A DNA stretch of 64,000 nt, from assembly GCA_050613775.1 (NCBI GenBank), contig JBODTK010000160.1, positions 62,001 to 126,000 of the forward strand, in the 5' to 3' direction. Made by a program: the position numbers and the translations under genes. Of this stretch, positions 41,956 through 56,600 are shown piece by piece. Position 1 is the first letter of the stretch. Each line of letters starts with the position of its first letter. The notes below the pieces were generated by a model. It saw nothing but the letters and a program-made list of their open reading frames with translations, made no database searches and was not told the DNA's origin. This DNA comes from Neocallimastix sp. 'constans'. Lineage: Eukaryota.

Positions 41956-42348
41956 TAACTGATATTTAAATAAAAGGTTAACAATTATTGATAAAATAAA
42001 TATTTTTATATAAAAATGAAACTGTGATATATTAAAATAAATATTATTAATAGATAATATGAATAATATGAATTAATAAATTAATATAAATTATGATTGA
42101 ATTTATTTTAATTTTTGTTTTTGAAAATTTTTTTTTGTTATTTAATGAACATTATAAAATATTATTGTTAAGTATTATGTCATAGGAACATTATGAACAA
42201 CATATATAATACGCCTCATAAAGCTTCAATTAGCTATAACTTTATTTTGTATATAGTTATTTTATAGTTTAATTAAAATTAAACTATTAATTGGATTGCT
42301 GATTATATAATAATAAAAATATATGTATTTTATATAAAAAATAAAAAA

Positions 42349-42423
<75 letters not shown>

Positions 42424-42813
42424 CTGATATTTAAATAAAAGGTTAACAATTATTGATAAAATAAATATTTTTATATAAAAATGAAACTGTGAAATATTAA
42501 AATAAATATTATTAATAGATAATATGAATAATATGAATTAATAAATTAATATAAATTATGATTGAATTTATTTTAATTTTTGTTTTTGAAAATTTTTTTT
42601 TGTTATTTAATGAACATTATAAAATATTATTGTTAAGTATTATGTCATAGGAACATTATGAACAACATATATAATACGCCTCATAAAGCTTCAATTAGCT
42701 ATAACTTTATTTTGTATATAGTTATTTTATAGTTTAATTAATATTAAACTATTAATTGGATTGTTGATTATATAATAATAAAAATATATGTATTTTATAT
42801 AAAAAATAAAAAA

Positions 42814-42884
<71 letters not shown>

Positions 42885-42885
42885 A
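41956..42885. repeat. ~465-bp tandem duplication bounded by (TAAA)n
   Basis: TAACTGATATTTAAATAAAAGG starts at 41956 and 42421. Each unit contains the Copia LTR start (42166, 42631). Confidence 0.9.
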
Positions 42886-45376
42886 AATATACAAATCACC
42901 AGGTGTGCCATATTTTCGTGTTCTCTGAATTCATAACCTTGAACAGATTAAGAGTCTCATTTGACTCTAAGAGACAACTCGAATATATAAATCTTTAAGG
43001 AAATATTAAAATCTATTTATTTTAAAATAAATTATTATTTTATTAAAAATTGTTAAAACATTTAATTCTTAAGATGGGAGTAAAATCTAAAAAAAAGTAT
43101 CATAAAGGATCACAGAATACTGAAGATGAAATAAATGAAACTACTATTAAAGGTACATCTTCTACCCCTAAAGTCAGTACAGTGTAAAACAATAACACAC
43201 TACTAACACTGTAATCATTGACATGACCAAAAAAATCCGTGTTTAATTACACTAATTTTGGGCTCACTACTGAAAACTTTCCAAGATGGTTTAGAGCTAT
43301 GAAACGACATTTAACAGCGTTAAAATTAGTTCAATATATTAATGTCAAAATAGACCCTATGAACATGGATGAAACTCAAAATGAAGATGATAACGAAACT
43401 CAAACTATTATTGAGAATAGTTTAGATGACCCAACAAGTAAATTTCATATTGACTGTCGAACCGCTTTCGAAATGATTGAAGAACTGAAAGGTAGATTTG
43501 ATCAGTAAGGTCCATCAAAGCTATATGAAATTGAACAAAAAAATTAAAACATTAAAGATAGAAAATAATGACTGCAAATTATACTTAGATAATTTAAATA
43601 CACTTTTTGATTCTCATAAAAGGGAAGCTAATAAATTCGACAAGTCAACGTTAGATGAAGAAATTAAAATTTTGTTTGCAGCTGATGAACTTGTCAAAAT
43701 AGGTATTCACCCAATAAACTTAATTCAATTTAAAACTTTTGGTGAATTAAAAAAATTCAATTACTGAAATGAAATGGAAATATTTATTAAAAAATATAAA
43801 GAAATGAAAAAAAAAAAAAATAGTAGAAAATCCAATTCATAAGAACCAAGTAAATGCTGTCAGTAAAACTGATACTGAAAAATCAAATAATAAAAATAAT
43901 GAAATTAAGAACAAAGAAAATTATTGCTACATATGTCATAAAGATGGACACACCACTGACACATGTTTCTTTAATACTAAAAGGAAAAATAAAAATAATC
44001 CTAGAAAAAACGATAATAGAAAACAAAAAGGAAGAAAGACTAGGAAATTTCATAGCAATAATATTAAAAATGAATCAAATTCTACTGATACTGAAGAAAA
44101 AAAATACCAATGTTGGATTCTCTGGTAATATTATGGTAAATAGTATTACGCAAACCACAAAAGAAAATGCCAATACAGAATGGATAATTGATTCAGGATG
44201 TCTTATCAATTTAACCAATGAAATTAAGAAATTAAAAAAAAAAACACTAAAAATATTAAAAAATAAATCAATTACGTATCCCAATGGTAAATCCGAAAAA
44301 ATTAAAAAAATTGGAAAAAATCATTGAAGTCTTCGTCAACAATTTTTTAGAACAATCAAATGTTTATTATGCTGATAATATTAAAAATAATTTATTATCT
44401 ACACATTATTTGGTTGTTAAAGATTACACTCTTATAATGGATTATGACGATATCGAAAATAAAGATCGTCTACAAATTTATAAGAATAATAAATTAATTT
44501 CAAAAATTCACGCAAATGACGACTTCCTATTCACTTTAAATACTCAAAGTATAAATAATTATAATTTAGTCAATAATACAAATGTAATAAACTTTGATTA
44601 TGATTTATGGCATGCAAGACTAGGACATTTCAACAATAATAAAAATATTCAAGATTTTGTTTTAAAGGCATATAAACTTACATAATAAAAAGGATTGTCC
44701 TCAATACCATATTAGTAAAATGAAGAAAAAGCCTTTTTACACATCTATTAATAAATCAACACATCCATTTCAACTAATACATTCAGATGTTGTTGGAAAA
44801 TTTATTACGTCATACAATGGTTTCAATTATTATGTTACATTCTTAGATGATTTCTCAAGAAAATGCTGGATTTATTTATTAAAAAATAAATCTGATGTCT
44901 GCAACGCATTTATTCATTTTCATAAATTAATGAAAAATACTACCAACTATAATATCGTTACTCTTAAAACTGATAACGGTAGGGAATATGATATTGCTAA
45001 TCTCATCAAATATCTTTCAGATAATGGTATTGAGTTTATTCATTTTTTACCAAATTGTCCTCAACAAAATGATCATGCAGAACGCATTAATCAAACTTTG
45101 GATAATTGCGTCAAAACTCTTTTATCTTCTGCTAAACTTCCTATTAATTTTTTGGATTCAGCAATTTTATGTACTTGTCGTCTTTATAATCTAAATCCGC
45201 ATCAAGGTAACAACTCTCTTATTCCTGATGAAGTTTTCTTCAACAAGCCTCTTGATATATCTCATCTAAAAGTCTTTGGTTGTAGAGTATACTTTTATAA
45301 CAATCAGAAAAAAAATAAATTAGAAAACAATACTAAATTAGAAAACAGGTTCCTTAATGTATTAAGGAAGCTTTAG
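42631..45376 (+). mobile_element. Degenerate, 3'-truncated Ty1/Copia LTR retrotransposon
   Basis: LTR-like TGTT...AACA (42631-42945); PBS-like GATTAAGAGTCT; gag ENFPRW; zinc knuckle CYICHKDGHTTDTC (~43925); protease WIIDSG; LWHARLGH; integrase HSDV/DDFSR/TDNGREY/AER. Many frameshifts; no RT or 3' LTR. Confidence 0.9.
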
Positions 45377-45554
45377 AAAAAAAAAAAAAAAAAAAAAAAG
45401 GATTAAATCATACTATAAAGCCTAATTTATTTAAGAGTTGAAACTTCAATTGTATTTAGAATTACTCCATTCCTTGCTAGTGTTTTAACTTTATGTAGTA
45501 TTATCCTATTCTTGCCAAATACTTTCAGTCAATTTTCATTGTATATAACCAGCA

Positions 45555-45770
45555 TGAATCCAATTCTTTTCTTGGGAACTATTCGTTTCAATATGGATAC
45601 ATTCAATGAACATTTCAATCAAGAAATTTTAGTTGCACTTCAAAAATGAAGGCTTAAAACAAGCCATTAGTGAGTTTGATAATGAATTAGAATCAGAAGT
45701 TCATGTTGTAACTTTAGTGTTTGGTCGAAAAAAGTTACTCTGTCTAGCTCGTGCTACTATTAGAGATAGT
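45555..45770 (+). pseudogene. ABCC NBD2 fragment
   Basis: CCAATTCTTTTCTTGGGAACTATTCGTTTCAATATGGA...CTAGCTCGTGCT is a frameshifted copy of the PILFSGTIRFNMD...LLCLARA segment of both flanking ABC genes. Confidence 0.85.
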
Positions 45771-46747
45771 ATATGAAATATTTGAATATAATTTAACATA
45801 TATAGTATATTTTTTAAAAGAATGAAAGAAAAGCAAACCTATATAAAAAATATACATTAATCATTATAAATTAAATTTGTTACAATTATAATTTAATTAT
45901 TATTTTTTTTTTTTTTTTTTTTAAATACCATACTTTTTTTTATTATATTTATTTATTTATTTATTTTTAACAATTCGTATTGATAGGGATAATTAAAATT
46001 ATTATTATTAACTAAATAAAATTAAAATAAATTAAATTTATTATAAAAAAATATTAAAAAAAAAAAAAAAGAATATATATATATAAAACAATAAAAATGA
46101 AAGTAAAAATAAAAATAAAATCATATATGTATATATAATTAAAGAATGAATTAGTAAAATTATAAATGAATTTTTTTTTTTTTATTAATAGCTATATATA
46201 TAAACATTTTTTTTTATTATATTTTATATTATATATTTTTTACAGATATATGTTTAATGAATTTTTAATATCTCTGTATAATAAATAATCTATATTCTTT
46301 TAATAATTTTATTGGTTATTATTTTATTTTATTTTTATTATTTCTTAGTAATTTATTATGAATTTTCGTATTAAACTTTTATGAGATTTCATGTCACCAT
46401 TCATGATTATAATAGTTTTATTATTTCAAAAATGAAATGTATAAATATATTTATTATATAATATATAAATTATTATTAATTAGTAATTTCATATAATAAA
46501 GAAAATATATATATCGATATATATATATTTTTTGTTATATTTTACAAAAAGATTTAAAATAAAACAAAAAAAAAAAAAAAAGAATTTTCACAATATTCGA
46601 TCTTTATTAGTTATATTTTTTTTATTGATTTATCTTTAGCCACTTTTAATATGATAAATATTAATTTATATATATTAAATTTAATTATTTTTATTATTTT
46701 TTATTAACATATAAATTAATATATAAATTATATATGATACTATAGGT

Positions 46748-46975
46748 TATGAATAATAATGATTTGACATAACCAAATCAACATGAATGAATAAATTATA
46801 ATATAAAAAATTTTGTCCATATATTACATATATATTATGAATTATAATGATTTGACATAACTAAATTAATATGAATAATTAAATTATAATATAAAGTATT
46901 TTGCCCATATATTATATATATATTATGAATAATAATGATTTGATATAACCAAATCAACATGAATAATTAAACATA
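46748..46975. repeat. ~87-bp tandem repeat, ~2.6 copies
   Basis: TATGAATAATAATGATTTGACATAACCAAATCAACATGAAT variants near 46748, 46835 and 46923. Confidence 0.8.
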
Positions 46976-47291
46976 TTACAATAAACATATAATATATAAT
47001 ATATAATTCATATATTATATTTTTGATATTTATTTAATATATAATTTAAAAAAAAAAAAAAAGGAATAATTCATTTACCATATATTTTAAATTAAATTTT
47101 ATTTTTTATATTTTCTTTAAAATTTTAAATCAGCATAAAATTTTAACATGTAATTAAAAATAAAATTATCTTAAATAAAAATTTTAAAAGAAAATTTTTA
47201 ATCCTGTCTCACAAATATTTTGGAATAAATACATTAAATATATTTTATTTTTATTTTTATTTTTATTTTTTATTTAATTTATTTATTTATT

Positions 47292-47326
<35 letters not shown>

Positions 47327-47756
47327 ATTAATCATAAATTTCTTTACAATATTCTTTATGATAAATTAACAATTAATATAAACTTTTTTTATTTTTTTTT
47401 ATTTTATTTTTTCATTAATAATAATATATATTTTTATAAAAAATTTTATATATAAAAAAAAATTTTATTATTCCTCATAAATCTAATAAATGTCATAAAA
47501 TATATTTAATTATATTATACAATATATAAATCTTAAGTGATGACATATTAAAATTAATTAGATATATATATTAATAAAATAATTTTATTATATTGTTAAT
47601 AATTGACTATTAAATTGTAAATAATTTTAATATATATAAAGATAATTATTTTTAATTTTTTTTCTAAAAATTTTTTTTTTTTTCCTACTGAATAAAATAA
47701 AAATAAAAATAAAAAAAGTATTGACAGGAAAAGGAATATAAATATTAAGAAATTTC

Positions 47757-47808
<52 letters not shown>

Positions 47809-48421
47809 AATTTTTAAATTTATTTATATTTAAAATTTTATATTTAGATTTATCGTAACAGTAAATAATATAAATAAATGTATAATATAATCTTCAAATG
47901 ATTTAAATAAGATAGTATAATATATCTTAAAAACAGAATAAAATTTAACTAATGAAATTATATGATTTTAGATTTCAGTTTTAATTTCAATTTTATTTGT
48001 TACTTTTCCTTTCAATTTAATAATTATTATACAAATATAAAATAAATTAGTGAATACACATTAAGATTGTATAAAATACCCAATTAAAGATAAAAAATAT
48101 TAATAAAAATATTCAATTAATATAATATAATTTATTTTATTTTAATTTAAATTAAAAAAATAATAAATATAGATTTTTTTTTTTTTTTTTCTTATATCAT
48201 TTTTTTTTAACGAAATACACTAAAAAAAAATTAAAAGTAATAATAACAATAATAACCATAAAAAATATAATAAAAAGAAAATTTTAAAAATAATTTGGAT
48301 AAAGTAATAGAATTATAATATAACACAATCATAAATATATACATAAAACAAAAAATATATCTTTTTTATTCAACACATATACAACAACAACAACAAAAAA
48401 AAAAAAAATTATAAAATAAAA

Positions 48422-51400
48422 ATGTTTTTCAAGAAAAAAGAATTTCCAATTCCAGATGAACCACAACCTTCACCAGCTACTCATGCTAATATTATATCAA
48501 AAATTATATTTTCATGGGAAGATCATCTTTTTAGAATTGGTTATAGTAGACCTATAGAAAAAAATGATGTATATTTATTGGATCCAAAATTAAAAGAAGA
48601 ACGTAATGAAGAAAGATTTTATCAAAAATGGGACAAAGGTTTGGCAAAAAAGGGCAAAGCTAGTGTTTTTAAAATTTTAGTTAGAATGTTTGGTCCTAAA
48701 TGGTGTTTTGCAGGTTTTTTAAAATTTATAACAGATATTTGTAATAATATATCTCCACTTTTCTTAGAATTATTATTGGATCATTTGTCAAAAGAAAATA
48801 TTGACCATAAGGATGAATATAAAGGATGGATATATATTGGTGCTATCTTTGGACTTCAACTTTTTGTTACTATCTGTCTTAACAATTATTTAAAATTAGT
48901 ATTTGAAGTCGGTTTATCTGTCCGTGCAACAATCATTGGTATTATTTATAGAAAAACTTTAAAGCTTTCAAATAAGGCAAAACAAACTATCGGTGATGGC
49001 CAAATTATTAATCTTGTTTCATCCGATTCTTCAAGAATTCAACAACTTATTCATACATTGCATTATTTATGGAGTGGTCCATTTCAATTGGTTTTTATTC
49101 TTGTTCTTTTAATTCGTTCTTTAGGTGTTTTCTCATTAATTGGTTTTACCATTTTTATTATCGTTATACCTCTTCAGGGAACCATTATGAAATTATTATC
49201 AAAATTAAGAAAACAAACCGCAATTCTAACCGATCAACGTGTAAAAAAAACTCAGGAAATTCTTGGTAGTATGAGGGTCATTAAATTTTTCGGTTGGGAA
49301 AATAGTTTCCTTAATATTATTAATAATCTTCGTCAGAAAGAATTAAAACGTACAAGGAAAAGTATTACTTTAGGTGCTATAACTACTGCTATTTTTAATG
49401 TAGTTCCATTCTTTGCCAGTGCTTTAACTTTCATTGCTTATTCTGCTGCTGGTAATCCATTAACTGCTGCGAAGGTTTTCTCTTCTCTTGCGTTTTTCAA
49501 TAAACTTCGTTTCCCATTGAGTATGCTACCAAATACTTTAAGTCAAATTCCTGATGCTTATGTAGCCATGAAACGTTTAAATAATCTTTTAAATGCTAAA
49601 GAAATTGATGATTTACCAGAGGTAAACTTTAATGCTGAAGATGCCATTTCTATTGAAAATGGTCAATTTAATTGGGAAGTTGTTAAACCAGAAGATAAGA
49701 AAAAGAATAAGAAGAATAAAAAAGAAAAAGAAAAAGAAAAAGATCCAAATAAGTCTATAAAAGATAAGAGTTCCGAAAAGAAAGAAAAAGGAGATATCAC
49801 TGAAAGTACTAGTACTAGCACTAGTACTTCATCAGATAATATATCTTCTAATATTAATAATGAAAGTGAAAATAAAAATAAAAATAAAAATAAAAATGAA
49901 AATGGTGATAGTGATGGTGATAAAGATGATCAGAAGGACAATAAAGGTGAAGTTATTATATTAAATGACAAAGAACCTACGCCATTAGAATCATTTAGAT
50001 TATATGATATTAATATTCATATTAAGAGGGGCTCTTTAACTGCTATTGTTGGTGCTGTAGGTAGTGGTAAATCATCTTTAGTTAATGCTATTATTGGTGA
50101 AATGAAACGTGAAGAAGGTAAAATTGTTCATGGTGGTACTTTTAGTTATTGTTCTCAACAAGCATGGATTCAAAATGCTACTGTCAGAGATAATATTTTA
50201 TTTGGAAAAGAATATGATGAAAAACTTTATGAGAAAGTTATCGATTGTTGTGCCCTCACTCATGATTTAGAAATTTTCACTGATGGCGATATGACCGAAA
50301 TTGGTGAACGTGGTATTACTTTATCTGGTGGTCAAAAGCAAAGAATTAACTTAGCTAGAGCTGTCTATTATGATAGTGATATTATTCTTATGGATGATCC
50401 TTTATCTGCTGTAGATGCTCATGTTAGTCGTGATTTATTTGATAATTGTATTACAGGAGCATTAAACGGTAAAACTCGTATTCTTGTAACTCATCAACTT
50501 CATGTCTTACCAGATGTTGATTATATCATTGTCATGAAAGGTGGACGAATTGAAGAACAAGGTGAATATAATGAATTACTTCAAAGGAATGGTGAATTTG
50601 CTCGTTTAATGCATACTTATGGTGGTATTGATGAAACTGAAGATGGAAAGAAGGATAAGGAAAATGAACTTAAAAAGAAAGATGATAGGAAGAGAGAAGA
50701 TAAAAAGGATGGAAAGAAAGATGACAAGAAGAAAGGAAAATCTTTAATGACTCAAGAAGAGAGAGCTGTGGGTTCAGTTGATACCAAGGTCTATAAAAAT
50801 TATCTGAAGGCTGCAGGTGGTGTAATTATTGGCTGTTTGGTTTTATTATTAATTGTATCCATTCAAGTCTCTAAGCTTGGAACCGATATGTGGTTAGTCT
50901 ATTGGACAGAGGGTAAATTTGATATAGCTTTGAATACCTATATCACCATCTATTTGATCTTTAATATTTCTCAAATCTTGTTAACACTGTTCTACTCCAT
51001 TTTCATGGCCATGGTTGGTATTAAGGCTGCTAAGAGGATTCATAGAGATGCCATTAGTCGTATTTTATTAGCACCAATTTCATTCTTTGATACCACACCT
51101 CTCGGTAGAATTATTAATCGATTCTCTAAGGATCAAGATTCATTAGATAGTTTACTGTTTGTTACTATGCAAATGTTCTTTAATAATCTTTCAAATACCG
51201 TCACCACCTTAGGTCTAATGCTTTACGCTGTACCAATATTTGGTATTGCTCTTGTTCCCTTATTAATTCTTTACTACTTTATTCAAGAAATCTTTAGAAG
51301 AACGGCCCGTGAATTAAAACGCCTTGATTCTATTACTAGATCTCCACTGTATGCTAATATTACGGAAACCATGCAAGGTTTACCAACTATTCGTGCTTAT

Positions 51401-52594
51401 GATGCCCAAGAACGTTTTATTCATACAAATCAATTCTTAATTAATGAAAATAATCGTCCACAGCATTTATTAATTGTTGCTCAAAGATGGTTAGGTATAC
51501 GATTAGAATGTATTGGAGCCTTATTAGTATTATCCAATGGTGCAGCTGGTATGTTTCTAAAGAATCATATATCTCCTTCTCTCTTAGGTTTAAGTTTATC
51601 TTATGCCTTACAAGTTACCTCAGGTCTTAATCGTTTAGTTCGTGATTTTGCAGATGTGGAAGTTCATATGAATTCTGCAGAACGTCTCTTATACTATGCC
51701 AATGATATTGAAATTGAAAATCAAAATGGATTAGAGCCACCAAAGAATTGGCCATCGGATGGTAAAATTGAAATTAAGAATTTAACCATGAAGTATGCTC
51801 CACATCTTCCACCTGTTTTACATAATGTCAATTTAGATATTAAATCGTTTGAAAATATTGGTGTAGTGGGTCGTACCGGTGCGGGTAAATCTAGTATTAT
51901 TACGACGCTCTTCCGTTTAGTTGATGCCGAAGCTGGTTCTTCGATTGTCATTGATGACATTGATATTTCAAGTTTGAAATTAAATGATTTACGTCAAAGA
52001 ATTTCTATTATACCACAGGATCCAACGCTTTTCTCGGGAACCATTCGTTTTAATATGGATCCATTCAATGAACATACCGATCAAGAGATATGGGATGCTC
52101 TTGAAAATGCTGGATTAAAGCAAGCCATTAGTGAATTAGAAAATAAATTAGAATCTGAAGTTCGTGCCAACGGTGAAAACTTTAGTGTTGGTCAACGACA
52201 GCTTCTTTGTCTTGCTCGTGCCATGGTTAGAGATAGTCCAATTTTAGTTATGGATGAAGCCACCGCATCTGTGGATATTGAGACCGATGCCATTATTCAA
52301 AAGGCCCTAAGAACGAAATTCAGTCATGTCACTGTACTTACGATTGCCCATCGTTTGAATACCATTATTGATTATGATAAAATTTTAGTATTGAATAAGG
52401 GAGAAGTTTTAGAATATGATACTCCAAAGAATTTACTTTTCGAAACAAATGAAAATGGAGAACTTGTACCCTGTACCACCACTGAATTTTCTAAATTAGT
52501 GGATGAAACCGGACCAGTGAATGCTGCCTTATTACGTCAAACCGCTTTAGATAAATATAATAGAGATCATCATATAACAACCACTACTAATTAA
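48422..52594 (+). CDS. ABCC/MRP-family (YOR1-like) ABC transporter, paralog 2, intronless
   Basis: Same architecture and motifs as 36791-41359 and colinear with it throughout. Confidence 0.95.
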   Translation: MFFKKKEFPIPDEPQPSPATHANIISKIIFSWEDHLFRIGYSRPIEKNDVYLLDPKLKEERNEERFYQKWDKGLAKKGKASVFKILVRMFGPKWCFAGFLKFITDICNNISPLFLELLLDHLSKENIDHKDEYKGWIYIGAIFGLQLFVTICLNNYLKLVFEVGLSVRATIIGIIYRKTLKLSNKAKQTIGDGQIINLVSSDSSRIQQLIHTLHYLWSGPFQLVFILVLLIRSLGVFSLIGFTIFIIVIPLQGTIMKLLSKLRKQTAILTDQRVKKTQEILGSMRVIKFFGWENSFLNIINNLRQKELKRTRKSITLGAITTAIFNVVPFFASALTFIAYSAAGNPLTAAKVFSSLAFFNKLRFPLSMLPNTLSQIPDAYVAMKRLNNLLNAKEIDDLPEVNFNAEDAISIENGQFNWEVVKPEDKKKNKKNKKEKEKEKDPNKSIKDKSSEKKEKGDITESTSTSTSTSSDNISSNINNESENKNKNKNKNENGDSDGDKDDQKDNKGEVIILNDKEPTPLESFRLYDINIHIKRGSLTAIVGAVGSGKSSLVNAIIGEMKREEGKIVHGGTFSYCSQQAWIQNATVRDNILFGKEYDEKLYEKVIDCCALTHDLEIFTDGDMTEIGERGITLSGGQKQRINLARAVYYDSDIILMDDPLSAVDAHVSRDLFDNCITGALNGKTRILVTHQLHVLPDVDYIIVMKGGRIEEQGEYNELLQRNGEFARLMHTYGGIDETEDGKKDKENELKKKDDRKREDKKDGKKDDKKKGKSLMTQEERAVGSVDTKVYKNYLKAAGGVIIGCLVLLLIVSIQVSKLGTDMWLVYWTEGKFDIALNTYITIYLIFNISQILLTLFYSIFMAMVGIKAAKRIHRDAISRILLAPISFFDTTPLGRIINRFSKDQDSLDSLLFVTMQMFFNNLSNTVTTLGLMLYAVPIFGIALVPLLILYYFIQEIFRRTARELKRLDSITRSPLYANITETMQGLPTIRAYDAQERFIHTNQFLINENNRPQHLLIVAQRWLGIRLECIGALLVLSNGAAGMFLKNHISPSLLGLSLSYALQVTSGLNRLVRDFADVEVHMNSAERLLYYANDIEIENQNGLEPPKNWPSDGKIEIKNLTMKYAPHLPPVLHNVNLDIKSFENIGVVGRTGAGKSSIITTLFRLVDAEAGSSIVIDDIDISSLKLNDLRQRISIIPQDPTLFSGTIRFNMDPFNEHTDQEIWDALENAGLKQAISELENKLESEVRANGENFSVGQRQLLCLARAMVRDSPILVMDEATASVDIETDAIIQKALRTKFSHVTVLTIAHRLNTIIDYDKILVLNKGEVLEYDTPKNLLFETNENGELVPCTTTEFSKLVDETGPVNAALLRQTALDKYNRDHHITTTTN

Positions 52595-52958
52595 TCAAAA
52601 GAGTAATAAAAAGAGAAATAAAAAGAGAAATAAATAAATAAAATAAAATAAAATAAAATAAAATAAAATAAAATAAAATAAAAATAAAAATTAAATGATC
52701 AATAGATAGATTAAGAATTAATTAGTAAATAATATATTATAATAATAAAGAAATAAATAAAAATAGATAAATAGATATATAAAAAATTAAATGAATAAAA
52801 AAAAAAAAATACGGAAATTAGTTAAAAAAAAAATAATAATTATTATATTATAGTTAATAATGTTAATAACTCTAAAATACGTATTATATAGATATAATAG
52901 ATTTTAAAATTATAAAAAAAATAATATTTAAGTAAAAAAAGTTTTCAAGGGAATTAAA

Positions 52959-53005
<47 letters not shown>

Positions 53006-53741
53006 TTTTATTATTTTTTATTTTTTTTTTTTTTAAATTTTTTGTTTTTAATTTATAATATATATATATATTTATCAATTGAAAAATATAAAAAAAGAAA
53101 TTTATGTATATATATATTTAACATTTGATATCTAAATACTTTGTACAACAATTAACTTTTTTTTTTTTTTTTTTTTTACGGAAAGTTTTTATTATATTAA
53201 CAGTTAATAAAATATGCAAATCAAATCAAATAAATAAATAAATAAATAAATAAATAAATAGATCAAAAAAATTATATATCCAATATATATGTTTTAAAAT
53301 ATTGAAAAAGGGTATAGTTTTGTATAAATATATGCTAAAAACCATATTAATTTATATATAAAAATAATATAAAAATAATATAAAAATAAAACAAAATAAT
53401 AATAGAATTAATTAAAAGTCACGTGATATATATATATATATAGTATTTTTAGCATTACATTTGGTATAAAATGCATATAGTTTTAAATATTCAAAAAACC
53501 AGAAAATATTTTCATTCAACTTCATTCGATGGATTCGACTACGCTCACTCTCGGGTGATCTCGAACTTTATGCAGTCGCAAGCTTTGTGCTCGAGTCTCA
53601 CTCCCCTTTCTTTTGCTTCATCTCATTTAATTGCTCATTTGTTTCATTCAATATTTTCTGTTTTTTTTTGAATACTTAAAACCATATATATATGTTTATT
53701 TTATATATACTTTTTTATTTTTTTATTTTTTTTTTTTTATC

Positions 53742-54450
<709 letters not shown>

Positions 54451-54792
54451 TATTTTTAAAAATAATAAATACTATTTGAAATTTATAATGGGAAATCAAC
54501 AAAACAGCAATAACAATAAATATATACATTAATAATAAAAATATTAATGTATTCTTTTTCTAAATATATATAAATATCCATTTCGAAATGATAAGGTAAA
54601 AAGAAGAAGAAATTCTGAATTGGGATACAGATTTGAATGATAATTTTTTTTCTTTTTTTTTATATGGAATCATCATCAATGAATAGGAAGAGTTAAAGGC
54701 TATTTCGTCCTTAAAAAACATTTCATATAATTTTTTTTTTTTTTTTAATATCAATGTAAAAAAAAAAAAAAATTTCATATATTTTATTTTTC

Positions 54793-54829
<37 letters not shown>

Positions 54830-54939
54830 AATATTATATAATAAAGTTTATTCCATAATATATATATATATATTATAAAAAATATTAATAAATATTTTTT
54901 AAATCTTTTTTAATTATTATATTTCAAAAATATATCGAT

Positions 54940-55002
<63 letters not shown>

Positions 55003-55445
55003 ATTAAATCAAATTATTTTATTACTATACTTTATTACTATATTTTATTACTACATTCTATTATTATATTTTATTATAAACTTTTTTTTTTTTATTTTCT
55101 TTTTATATTTTAATTATAGTGATTTATTTAATGCCTAAAATTTTATATAATCTATTTATACATTAACTTTATTATTTTATTATTTTATATAATAATTATT
55201 TTGTCAAAGAAAAAAAAAATATTTAAATAATATTAAATTTATGATAAAATTATTATTATAATTATTTTTTTTTATTGTTATTTATTATATCATTTAATCA
55301 AAACATTCAATCTTTATCGATTTAATGTTGTAGGACTATCAATTATATGCAATTAATGAATTTGAAAGGCTAACAATAAAAATTCTTTTATGTTCAATGT
55401 TCAATTCCTATTAGAGTAAAATTGACTCTCATGGTTGTAAAAGAG

Positions 55446-55484
<39 letters not shown>

Positions 55485-56389
55485 GTATTATTCAAAAATA
55501 GTTATTAATAGTTGTTAATTATTTGGTGAAGTACTCAGTTAATTTATCTTGCAATTATTTATTATTAATAAAATTTAAATAAATAAATAAATAAATATAT
55601 GATAATAAATACTAATAATAATAATTTATAATAATAATAATAATGATGGATGAAACATTATTACTACTACTGCTGTTATTATTGTTATTGGTACTATTAT
55701 TATTATTATTGGTTTTATTGGCTTTTAATAAAAAAAATTTTTTTTTTAACAATTATAAAAATTCTTTGTTAAATTTAAATATATAGTAATAATAATAAAA
55801 AAAAAAAAGGCTCATTAATAATTATATTAATAATAATAATATATATTAATAATCCATTTAAATTAAAAAAAAAAAGTTTGAATAAACTTTTTTATTTATT
55901 TAATTTATTTATTTATTTATTTAGTTATAATAAATTTAATTTAAAAACAAACAAACAAAAAAAAAAAAAAACCTTTTTCATATTTTATTGTCAAATATAA
56001 TTTTATTTTTTATTTTTATTTTTATTAAAAAAAAAAAAATAAATTTCAGAATGAAACCAATGAATGTTAAATTGTTTTTTTTTTGTATAGCATGTTCTAT
56101 TTATTATTATTATTTTTTTTTTTTAAAAAAAAAGAGAATTAAATATATGAATAGTATATGGATATCACGTCAATTGTTTCACTTTAAATAAATAAATAAA
56201 TTTAAAAAAAATGTTCAATTTATTGAATTATTAATAAATCTTATTATTGTTTATTTAATACAAAAAAAAAAAAATTGCCAAAAATATATGCTAATATATA
56301 TATATTTAATTTATTAGATCAATATATTAATTCCAAAACATTGAAAAAAGATAAATATTAATTAAAGAAACCTTTTTATTTTATTTTAT

Positions 56390-56600
56390 TCAATCTGTAC
56401 TTTATATTTATATTTCAACTATTTATTTTATTTTATTTTATTTTATTTTATTTTATTTTATTCAATCTGTACTTTATATTTATATTTCAATTATTTATTT
56501 TATTTTATTTTATTTTATTCAATCTGTACTTTATATTCATATTTCTACTATTTATTTTATTTTATTTTATTTTATTTTTATTTTATTTTATTTTATTTTA
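56390..56600. repeat. Three copies of a CAATCTGTACTTTATATT unit with (TTTTA)n spacers
   Basis: Copies at ~56391, 56463 and 56520. Confidence 0.8.

Noticed and set aside
42166..42945. Paired LTRs of a tiny element
   Set aside because: The duplicated unit includes upstream flank and only part of the LTR, so it is a local tandem duplication.
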